Shown: piece by piece, positions 16,309 to 23,141 of the stretch | How the letters are laid out: every line of letters begins with the position of its first letter | Numbering within the stretch: position 1 is the stretch's first letter | Virus record (IMG/VR): IMGVR_UViG_3300011444_000021 | Span: 1-26,768 of that record | Strand: one strand, 5' to 3' | Source: a virus | Lineage: Duplodnaviria > Caudoviricetes | Length of the DNA: 26,768 bases | The notes under the pieces: generated by a model | What the model saw: the letters and a program-made list of their open reading frames with translations, nothing else | What the model was told of the DNA's origin: nothing | Databases searched by the model: none | Translations under genes and position numbers: made by a program

Positions 16309-16338
16309 GAAAGATGCCGTATGGAATGATTTTGTCAA
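16309..16338 (-). promoter_or_regulatory. Repeated phage promoter motif, copy 2
   Basis: TTGACA-N16-CATCTTTC. Confidence 0.6.
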
Positions 16339-16529
16339 CTGCGGATGCGGCCAATGTATCTATTGATTCGCTTGGTGAGAGTTTCGCGCTGAGACTCAGT
16401 GAGATTCTGGGTGGGTAGCAACTCGCGCATTGCAACCAAACCGGCAAGGTCTCGTCGCATGTTGTAGGAACTATTCATGAGATATTCCCAAAGCTGCGTT
16501 TGAATCGCATACTCGCGAGTGATGCTCAT
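16335..16529 (-). CDS. Hypothetical protein
   Basis: ATGA-coupled start at 16529. Confidence 0.45.
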   Translation of the reverse strand: MSITREYAIQTQLWEYLMNSSYNMRRDLAGLVAMRELLPTQNLTESQRETLTKRINRYIGRIRS

Positions 16530-17074
16530 AGCTGGGCGAGGCGTGAACACAACACCCCGAGTGCGTTGGTGATTGCATGGCGTTCCTTCGTGGACTTGGG
16601 AAGGAACAGTTTGTCGAATTCGTTCAGGATGTCTTTTTGACGCTGAACCAAGTTGTCCAGTTTGGCACGACGGATTTCATTCTTCTCGTCATTGAGTTTC
16701 TTGGTCGCTTCGTCGATGAGACGCTGCCGCTCAAGGTTGATTTCGGAGATGCGCTTTGCCTCTTCAAGTTGGAAGGCTTCATCCTCAGTGACCGGCTTGG
16801 ATGCGTTGATGTGAGTGCAAAGAAATTCAGCCAGAGACGGAGGAAGCACCGACCACGCGGATTCGTTCTCGGCAGCAAGACGCTCCGGGAAATTGTATGC
16901 AGAGAGTCTGCCGATGAGCCCCTGCGCGTTCAGGATGAACTTTGCTCGGTCTGCCTGCCATGCGGCCTCTTCGATTGTGGTGAAGCCACGCTGAGTGTAT
17001 CGGCCAACACGAGTGCAGACGAGTAGGAAGAACGACTTGTCGTCCATCGCAGGATAGGTATTATGATAGTTCAT
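16526..17074 (-). CDS. AP2-like DNA-binding protein with C-terminal coiled coil
   Basis: GFTTIEEAAWQADRAK...YNFP matches the AP2 helix pattern, followed by an E/K/R-rich heptad region. Confidence 0.55.
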   Translation of the reverse strand: MNYHNTYPAMDDKSFFLLVCTRVGRYTQRGFTTIEEAAWQADRAKFILNAQGLIGRLSAYNFPERLAAENESAWSVLPPSLAEFLCTHINASKPVTEDEAFQLEEAKRISEINLERQRLIDEATKKLNDEKNEIRRAKLDNLVQRQKDILNEFDKLFLPKSTKERHAITNALGVLCSRLAQL

Positions 17075-17082
17075 AGATGTTA

Positions 17083-17112
17083 AATAGATGTGAGTAGGAA
17101 TCAAGATGTCAA
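17083..17112 (-). promoter_or_regulatory. Repeated phage promoter motif, copy 3 (leftward arm)
   Basis: TTGACA-N16-CATCTATT, 8 nt above ATG 17074. Confidence 0.6.
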
Positions 17113-17181
17113 CTCCGGGAAAAGGATTTCATGTGCCGTCGAGGCACTTTTCAGGTTTGTGCTCAAAATATGAGAAATTCG

Positions 17182-17359
17182 GCGGCTCGCACCTTGGCGG
17201 ACCCCTTTTTCAAATGGTGGGGAGCTTATTATTGATAATACCTATTATGCGTGTGAGAGATAAATAATAGAAAAGAGGATATATAAGGAAGGACGGTCTG
17301 AACTATCCTCAATAACTTCCCCAGCGTTTGAAAAAGGGGTCCGCCAAGGTGCGAGCCGC
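17182..17359. repeat. Perfect 33-bp inverted repeat flanking an AT-rich spacer
   Basis: 17182-17214 GCGGCTCGCACCTTGGCGGACCCCTTTTTCAAA is the exact reverse complement of 17327-17359. Confidence 0.95.
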
Positions 17360-17389
17360 GTTATCGTTAATGTGAAAATTGTCGCTGAG

Positions 17390-17419
17390 TTGACGCGCGG
17401 GCAAACGCCCGCACCTTTT
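17390..17419 (+). promoter_or_regulatory. Repeated phage promoter motif, copy 4 (rightward arm)
   Basis: TTGACG-N16-CACCTTTT, 5 nt above ATG 17425. Confidence 0.5.
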
Positions 17420-17424
17420 TTCCG

Positions 17425-17568
17425 ATGCCTGACAAGTCCAAGAAAGATTGTAGCGACGAGCTTTTCAAGAACGCCCCCGAGCATGTGAAGAAACTTCACA
17501 AGCAGTCTAAGAAGCTGTGCCGCGAGGTGAAGCGCAAACTCTGGTGGGACCAGAACAAACCGAAATGA
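17425..17568 (+). CDS. Small basic protein (47 aa)
   Basis: Hand-translated MPDKSKKDCSDELFKNAPEHVKK...NKPK, with an ATGA overlap into the next gene. Confidence 0.55.
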   Translation: MPDKSKKDCSDELFKNAPEHVKKLHKQSKKLCREVKRKLWWDQNKPK

Positions 17569-18194
17569 AGATTGACAAGTCCAAGCTGGACGTTGCCCAG
17601 ATTTTTCTTACGTTCATGTCGCTCATTGGCGACGTAGATAAGACCGCGGCGGCACTCGACCTGAGTCCGCATATCGTTGCGGGACTGGCCGAGCAGGAAG
17701 GCTGGCTTGAGAAGGTGCGTCGCCTCTCCGTGATGTCGAAGAGTGGTAAGCAAGGTGACTATGAGCGCGCCCAGAACCGCGCGTTGAACTTTGTTCAGGC
17801 TCACCGTATGCGGATGACTGTTGATGCCCTGTTGCGTGCCTTCGACGGACTTAGCCCTGAAGAGATTGTTGAAAAGCTTTCCACTTGCGATAAGAACGGC
17901 CATTACCACATCAGCGCGCGGTTTCTTGCAGACCTTGCTGCTGCCTCAGAGAAGATTCAGGCGCTTTCGTATGCCGCCTTGGGAGACTCTGTCAAGGAGC
18001 GCGTGGAGCGCGCGGAAGCAGCAGATGGCGAGATGACACCCGACCAGTTGCACGCGGCAGTTATTGCCGCATTGAACGCTCCTCATGCACCCGCCGTTGC
18101 CTCGCAAGTGCTTGAGGCGGAAGTGAGACTTATTGTCGCACCGAGCGAAAATCTCCAGCCGCCCGCTGTCGAGCCCGGAGTGAGTAATGCGTGA
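17565..18194 (+). CDS. Probable terminase small subunit (N-terminal HTH, helical body)
   Basis: HTH-like GDVDKTAAALDLSPHIVAGLAEQEGW. First large gene of the arm leading to TerL, followed by a repeat-rich noncoding block. Confidence 0.5.
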   Translation: MKIDKSKLDVAQIFLTFMSLIGDVDKTAAALDLSPHIVAGLAEQEGWLEKVRRLSVMSKSGKQGDYERAQNRALNFVQAHRMRMTVDALLRAFDGLSPEEIVEKLSTCDKNGHYHISARFLADLAAASEKIQALSYAALGDSVKERVERAEAADGEMTPDQLHAAVIAALNAPHAPAVASQVLEAEVRLIVAPSENLQPPAVEPGVSNA

Positions 18195-18280
18195 AAATCA
18201 CGCGTTAACGTTAATGTAACTGCGTGAAAACCACGCATTGATGCGTGAAAATCACGCATTGATGCGTGAAAATCACGCAT
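18187..18280. repeat. Four palindromic GCGTGAAAA(T/C)CACGC units
   Basis: Copies start at about 18187, 18220, 18241 and 18262, and the last three have a 21-bp period. Confidence 0.92.
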
Positions 18281-18549
18281 AGTCTCGATGGCCTTGTGGC
18301 ATAGAGACTTAGGTGTAAATAATCTTACCTATCTCTTGACAGTCAAATGAGACACTCAGTCTGGACACTTGGACAGTGCGACATTTTGGCGCAGTGGGAT
18401 GAGAGACGGGGGACAATCGGGCGGTGCGCCCTCGCTCGGTGATTCGCCAGCAAAACTATTTTTTCTCATCGGAGACCCGGCAATGTTTACATAGCACATA
18501 TGCAAAAAGCCGATTTGACCGTTCCTAGAAATGCGATACCCTGACCACC

Positions 18550-18756
18550 ATGAAACGAATCATCCTACGCATCGTCCCCGGCCACCGCGTCTGGCGAGCC
18601 GACTCCACGCGCTATCGCCTCTCGGCCTACGGGCGCAGCATCACAGAAGCACGCTCCCGTCTTTTCCTCACGGTGCGCGTCCATCGCCGGAATTGCGACG
18701 CTGTCGTCATGGGTCAGCTTGGACTCCCGATTGACATACGCCCGCGGGTGCGCTAA
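18550..18756 (+). CDS. Small Arg-rich hypothetical protein
   Basis: ATG 7 nt after TTGACC-N16-TACCCT (18515-18542). Confidence 0.45.
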   Translation: MKRIILRIVPGHRVWRADSTRYRLSAYGRSITEARSRLFLTVRVHRRNCDAVVMGQLGLPIDIRPRVR

Positions 18757-18767
18757 CTTTGGTCTGC

Positions 18768-19148
18768 ATGACAATCGAAGAAGTAAAGCACCTCTTCCAC
18801 AAAGAACTCGGGCTTCCTCCTGAAGTGGACAAATTGGAGGGGCGGACTTTCAACCTACGGTATTCTCGTCACGCCCAGACCGCTTGCGTGAGCGACCGCT
18901 ACGGCATCATCAAGCCGCCGATGCTTCTCCCGGTTCGTCGTGACCAGATTGTCGAAGCAGAGCTTTTCAATGGATGGGTCCTCAAGGCGACGGTGCGGAT
19001 TCCCTACAACGCTGTTTACGATTTGGTTCTTGTCATCATGCCCGAGAGATACGGGGAAGCGTTCGTGAAAACGTGCTGGCTGAACCGCAAAGACGACACG
19101 CACCGCACCCTTGACAGGTCAAAGTATCAGACCTACAGTATTGCATGA
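18768..19148 (+). CDS. Hypothetical phage protein (possible RelE/BECR-like fold)
   Basis: YSRHA...LVLVI...FVKTCWLN, preceded by TTGACA-N17-TAACTT (18731-18759). Confidence 0.55.
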   Translation: MTIEEVKHLFHKELGLPPEVDKLEGRTFNLRYSRHAQTACVSDRYGIIKPPMLLPVRRDQIVEAELFNGWVLKATVRIPYNAVYDLVLVIMPERYGEAFVKTCWLNRKDDTHRTLDRSKYQTYSIA

Positions 19149-19450
19149 TAATTTTATGGTTTCTCGGTCTATGGTGGCTGATAGAATTCCTCGGCTGTAT
19201 CGGGCATTTAATCTCCTTGGGGTGGGAAAGTTACTGCCGGGACACGGTCCAGCCACCGCGAGTCCCCCGGGTAAAATCGACTACTCCGCATAAGCCCATC
19301 CGATGACAATTATTCTCGCAACGTGCCCAGTATGCGACGCAGACCAAGCAGCCGAGGTTATTGCGGAATGCGCTACTTGCTCACCTCCGCACGCGGACGT
19401 GAAGTGCATCTATTGCGGCAACCGATGGTATGAACCGAACCCAATGATTT

Positions 19451-19720
19451 ATGAAAGCGCCAAGCATGAGTCCTGAAGAATGGGCGGAGAAAGATTGCGC
19501 GTTGATTCGTGCGGCTTACGCGCGTCGAGATAATCCGTGGAAACTGGTCATCCCGCCGCTCATGCCGGAACCGGCGATAGACGGCCAGTCTCTATGCTGG
19601 GGAGAAAACATTTGTGGACTCTGGTCCTATCGGCGGTATCTTGCCATCAACGGTAAGTGGGCGGACATGGACCCGACGAAAATCAGTTACCGCCCACTCG
19701 GCGGAAAAATCTATGAGTGA
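19451..19720 (+). CDS. Hypothetical protein
   Basis: ORF overlapping the next start. Confidence 0.5.
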   Translation: MKAPSMSPEEWAEKDCALIRAAYARRDNPWKLVIPPLMPEPAIDGQSLCWGENICGLWSYRRYLAINGKWADMDPTKISYRPLGGKIYE

Positions 19721-20036
19721 CGCGAAACGCTGGAAGCGGGTCAAAAAAACCACGGAACGCTACGCCCGGGTCTTCGGGCTTCGCCTGAAAAAGGTGAAGC
19801 TTTTTCGCGCGGGCTATTACTCCGGCCTGTGCCATAGTGACGGAACCATCAAGGTTTCCATCCGCTACCGGAACGGGGATTTGCGGAAGTCCTACGAAGT
19901 GTTCGACACTATCGCGCACGAACTCGCGCACTTGGCCCACTTCAACCATCGCGAGGAATGGATTCGACTTTTCTCCAAGATACTCACCCGCATGGCCGAT
20001 GACAAAGTATTTGACAAGTTCCGACGCAAGTGGTAA
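19713..20036 (+). CDS. Minimal HExxH zinc metallopeptidase (WLM/YgjP-like)
   Basis: GLC...IKVSIR...DTIAHELAHLAHFNH. Confidence 0.75.
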   Translation: MSDAKRWKRVKKTTERYARVFGLRLKKVKLFRAGYYSGLCHSDGTIKVSIRYRNGDLRKSYEVFDTIAHELAHLAHFNHREEWIRLFSKILTRMADDKVFDKFRRKW

Positions 20037-20044
20037 CTTAATTT

Positions 20045-20704
20045 ATGAACGAAAAAATCGAAACGGTGGATACGAAGTTCCGCTCATTCAATAAGCTCGC
20101 GCGGTTGAATCGTGAGATTGTCATCACGGAGAAGCTTGACGGTAGCAACGCGCAGATTTTGATTGTGCCGGGGCAAGTCGGAGAAGTCATCACGGACCCG
20201 AACGTCATCGCGGTATCGTCTGACGGAAGCCAGATGTATGCGGGGTCCCGAAACAAGTGGATAACGCCCAAGGCGGATAACTACGGCTTTGCCGGATGGT
20301 GCGTGCGGAATTACGAAGAGCTTTTCAAGCTCGGCCCCGGGCGGCACTTCGGCGAGTGGTGGGGCAACGGGATTCAGCGGCGATATGGACTCGCGGAGAA
20401 ACGCTTTTCGCTTTTCAATGTCGCCCGGTGGGGATATGTGGATATAAACACCCGAGGACCCGTCGTGGATTTGAAAACCGCTCTGGTTGGTCCGATGTGT
20501 TGCCATGTCGTCCCGACGCTCTGGCGCGGTCCAATGCAAACGTATTCCATCACAACGATAGCCGATGAACTTCGGGAGGGGGGTAGCATCGCGGCTCCCG
20601 GATTCATGGACCCCGAGGGCATAGTGATTTACCACACGGCGGCGAACTTCTGTTTCAAGGTCACGCTCAAGAACGATGAAACCCCCAAGTCTCTAGTCAA
20701 ATGA
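20045..20704 (+). CDS. RNA ligase (Rnl2-like adenylyltransferase domain)
   Basis: Motif I TEKLDGSN, III FGEWWG, IIIa FSLF, IV EGIVI and V FK. Confidence 0.85.
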   Translation: MNEKIETVDTKFRSFNKLARLNREIVITEKLDGSNAQILIVPGQVGEVITDPNVIAVSSDGSQMYAGSRNKWITPKADNYGFAGWCVRNYEELFKLGPGRHFGEWWGNGIQRRYGLAEKRFSLFNVARWGYVDINTRGPVVDLKTALVGPMCCHVVPTLWRGPMQTYSITTIADELREGGSIAAPGFMDPEGIVIYHTAANFCFKVTLKNDETPKSLVK

Positions 20705-20943
20705 GAATCTACGTAACCAAAGACGACATCGCACACGGGATTCCCTGCAATTCGGGCAAGTGTCCAATTGCGCTTTCATTGATACGCCGATTTCCCAAAA
20801 GCTTTGTGACGGTGGGTTCGACCGGGGTTTGCATCGCAGAAAGTTATCATTTGCCCCTTCCTCCGGTGGCGGTGAGATTCATCCAGAACTTCGATAGCCG
20901 TCCGGGAAAGCAGAAACCGTTCAGTTTCACTCTCGAAGTATGA
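20701..20943 (+). CDS. Small hypothetical phage protein
   Basis: IYVTKDDIAHG...CPIALSL...F-D...PFSF, ATGA-coupled at both ends. Confidence 0.65.
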   Translation: MRIYVTKDDIAHGIPCNSGKCPIALSLIRRFPKSFVTVGSTGVCIAESYHLPLPPVAVRFIQNFDSRPGKQKPFSFTLEV

Positions 20944-21653
20944 AGCGCGTCCTTGCATATCTCCGGGTCTCCACAGCGTCGCAAACTGACGGCGACGGGT
21001 TTCCGCGTCAAGCTCTTGCCTGTCGCAATTTCGCAGAGTCAAAGGGCTGGCATGTGGCTCGCTACTTTGAGGAACAACAATCAGGCAGTGACCAACTCTT
21101 CGACCGCCCAAAGATGCAGGAATTACTTGCGCTGTGCGGCGAGCAGTATGACACCATCATCGTCGAGCGCGTGGACCGGATTGCACGTGACATCGTCGTC
21201 GCCGAACTTTTTTTCCGCGACTGCAAGGCCCGGGGAGTCTCGGTATATTCCGCCGATAGTGGAGAAGAATTGGTCAACGCCACGGGCGACCCGACGCGCA
21301 CGCTCATCCGTCAGATTCTCGGCGCGCTCGCGGAGTGGGACAAGGCGCAGATTTGCAAAAAGCTTCTTGCGGGACGGAAAAGAAAAAAGCTCGAAACTGG
21401 CAAACCGTGTGGCGGTCCGAAACCATATGGGCGGGATGAAGAAGAGAATCTGGTCATCGACAAAATCATTCGGATGGTCCGCGGCCAGAAGCATACTTTT
21501 CAGTCAATCGCGAATGCGTTGCAGCATCTAAAAATTCCCACACCCGGGGGCGTAAAACGGTGGTCGCGCGGAATCGTTTTCAACATTGCCCGGGCCAATC
21601 AAAACCGTTTGTTGGACGAGGATACTCGGAACATACAGGACATCGTCGAATGA
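20940..21653 (+). CDS. Serine recombinase (resolvase-type catalytic domain plus short recombinase domain)
   Basis: AYLRVST (catalytic Ser), SG...DRP, VERVDRIARD, GGPKPYG and IANAL...W. Confidence 0.9.
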   Translation: MKRVLAYLRVSTASQTDGDGFPRQALACRNFAESKGWHVARYFEEQQSGSDQLFDRPKMQELLALCGEQYDTIIVERVDRIARDIVVAELFFRDCKARGVSVYSADSGEELVNATGDPTRTLIRQILGALAEWDKAQICKKLLAGRKRKKLETGKPCGGPKPYGRDEEENLVIDKIIRMVRGQKHTFQSIANALQHLKIPTPGGVKRWSRGIVFNIARANQNRLLDEDTRNIQDIVE

Positions 21654-21901
21654 GTGCAACCGTGAAAGATTTGAGTGACCGTCTCGTGGAGATGGGACTC
21701 GTGCGAGCCAATTCGGGAAACGTGAAGCTATCGAGCCTTCCAGTGAATTTGGCTAAGGCCCTCCGTAAGTTCGCGCAAGGCGCGCTGATGATTGTCACCG
21801 AGGTTACGCTTCCCTTGACCGGGCTGAAAACTTTACGTATGGAAATCCGAGAAAAAAATAAAACTGAAGTAACCTATGTTCTCTCTTGCCTCAATCAGTA
21901 A
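21650..21901 (+). CDS. Hypothetical protein
   Basis: ATGA-coupled start MSATVKDL. Confidence 0.55.
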   Translation: MSATVKDLSDRLVEMGLVRANSGNVKLSSLPVNLAKALRKFAQGALMIVTEVTLPLTGLKTLRMEIREKNKTEVTYVLSCLNQ

Positions 21902-22020
21902 GATGAATACCCGCTTCGCGGTTGCGAAATCTCGCAGAGTCGCAAAGGCGCTTAATCGTTCTGGTGGACACGCCAAGTCCGCAGAAAAAGGTCACGTCAT
22001 TCCGAAAAAAATAGGCGGCG

Positions 22021-22050
22021 TTGACAACCGAAAGTTGCCACGCATCTCTT
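22021..22050 (+). promoter_or_regulatory. Repeated phage promoter motif, copy 5, ahead of the tRNA/ncRNA cluster
   Basis: TTGACA-N16-CATCTCTT. Confidence 0.6.
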
Positions 22051-22073
22051 CGGTAGCTCCTTGAAATTTTTAC

Positions 22074-22149
22074 GGCGGGATGGCGCAGTGTTCAGCGCGC
22101 TTGGCTCATAACCAAGAGGTCGGAGGTTAAAATCCTTCTCCCGCTCCCA
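22074..22149 (+). tRNA. tRNA with CAU anticodon (Met or Ile2), atypical
   Basis: GGCGGGA TG GCGC-AGTGTTCA-GCGC G CTTGG-CT CAT AA-CCAAG AGGTC GGAGG-TTAAAAT-CCTTC TCCCGCT C CCA, 76 nt. Confidence 0.92.
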
Positions 22150-22151
22150 AT

Positions 22152-22400
22152 TTTTTCTCGTCGGTGAGTAAGAGTCAGACTGGCTCTGAATCCAATGAGA
22201 AAAGCGATGGGGGATGCACCCCCAACTACGACCGCAAGAAGCTGCCTCGAAAGATGGCAATGGTCTAAACGGTCGAAAGGCGAACGTCAGCCATAAATTG
22301 CGGACACCCGGCAGGGTGAGAAAACCGCGGGACGTGACAGGTTGGAGAGACAGCCTTAAATTTCCCGGTCCGCGCCGGGAAAGACGGTAAACTTCTGCGG
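22152..22400 (+). ncRNA. Candidate structured ncRNA(s)
   Basis: Dense hairpins, GAAA tetraloops, a CCGCAA/TTGCGG closing stem and no credible ORF. Confidence 0.45.
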
Positions 22401-22415
22401 AACAAGGAAAACAAA

Positions 22416-22691
22416 ATGGGACTGCAAATTGACGTATTGTGGCCAGCCAATGCGGCGGGCAATCTGGTTCAGAACTACCAGATTTGGGAATCAAAAGACA
22501 ATGGCGCATTTAGCCTGAAAGCAACAGTGAATGCATTGACCTATCAAATCCTGAATCCTCTGTCGGGTTTCTACCGGTGGCAGGTTCGTGCGGTAAACTT
22601 TGTGGGCAATGGCCCCTTCAGCAATGTTGCGAACGGCGTGGACGTTCCCGACAAGGTGGGCGACGTGATGGTCGTTTACACGGTAAGCTGA
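22416..22691 (+). CDS. Stand-alone fibronectin type III domain protein
   Basis: W...YQIW...Y-WQVRAVN-VG-GPFS FN3 signature, with AAGGA upstream. Confidence 0.75.
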   Translation: MGLQIDVLWPANAAGNLVQNYQIWESKDNGAFSLKATVNALTYQILNPLSGFYRWQVRAVNFVGNGPFSNVANGVDVPDKVGDVMVVYTVS

Positions 22692-22700
22692 GTGACTAAT

Positions 22701-22762
22701 GGGGAAGGCCCGGGCTCGGAACCCGGCGGGTTAATTCCCGTGGTGTAGAGTAGCACACCCCC
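22701..22762 (+). ncRNA. Circularly permuted tRNA-like cloverleaf
   Basis: GGGG AAGGC CCGGG-CTCGGAA-CCCGG CGGG-TTAATT-CCCG TG GTGT-AGAGTA-GCAC A CCCC. Confidence 0.4.
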
Positions 22763-22771
22763 GACTTTTTA

Positions 22772-22919
22772 CTCGGTGCTCTGACATATCGCGGGACTCG
22801 CGGCAAATTACTGCCGCTACCGCGAGCGGGAGTCGAACAGGGCACCGAGAGACGCGGTGAATGGAGGATAACGCGGTCCGCGCCTCTAATGCCGAAAGGC
22901 ATCATCAATACTCCCGCTC
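22772..22919 (+). ncRNA. Candidate pseudoknotted ncRNA
   Basis: A 12-bp stem (22772-22783/22838-22849) crossed by a 10-bp pairing (22824-22833/22910-22919). Confidence 0.45.
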
Positions 22920-22926
22920 AATTTAC

Positions 22927-23081
22927 GATGCGAGTGGCTGAAAAAGCAAAGGTCAGTGATGGGTCTCAAGGGTCCTAAACCCTCCTGAGTCAAAGTCGCC
23001 CGACAGTATTAGGAACTGCGCGGGAATAACGAAGTTGAGACGAATGAGACCTGAGACGGGGAAACCCGACCCGCATCTCCA
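22927..23081 (+). ncRNA. 155-nt RNA with tRNA-like acceptor end (U-CCA) and internal kissing loops
   Basis: GATGCG/CGCATC-T-CCA, a GTCTCAA/TTGAGAC stem, and complementary loops TCCTAA and TTAGGA. Confidence 0.55.
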
Positions 23082-23087
23082 ATTTAT

Positions 23088-23137
23088 GCCGGGTGCGTGA
23101 GCGCACCGAGAGTTCTACTGTGAACCGCCCGGCACCA
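23088..23137 (+). ncRNA. 50-nt mini RNA ending in A-CCA
   Basis: GCCGGG/CCCGGC-A-CCA enclosing two hairpins, with AT-rich flanks like those of the true tRNA. Confidence 0.45.
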
Positions 23138-23141
23138 ATTT

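Noticed and set aside
18187-18280. CRISPR array
   Set aside because: The repeats are nearly contiguous, without unique spacers of about 30-40 nt, and there is no cas operon.
22231-22303. c-di-GMP-I riboswitch
   Set aside because: It has a GAAA hairpin and a GGTCTAA...CAGCC receptor-like arm, but lacks the GGCAAA and GACGCAAAGC ligand-binding core.
22927-23081. tmRNA
   Set aside because: Too short, with no G3-U70 alanine determinant, no TTCRA T-loop and no evident tag reading frame.
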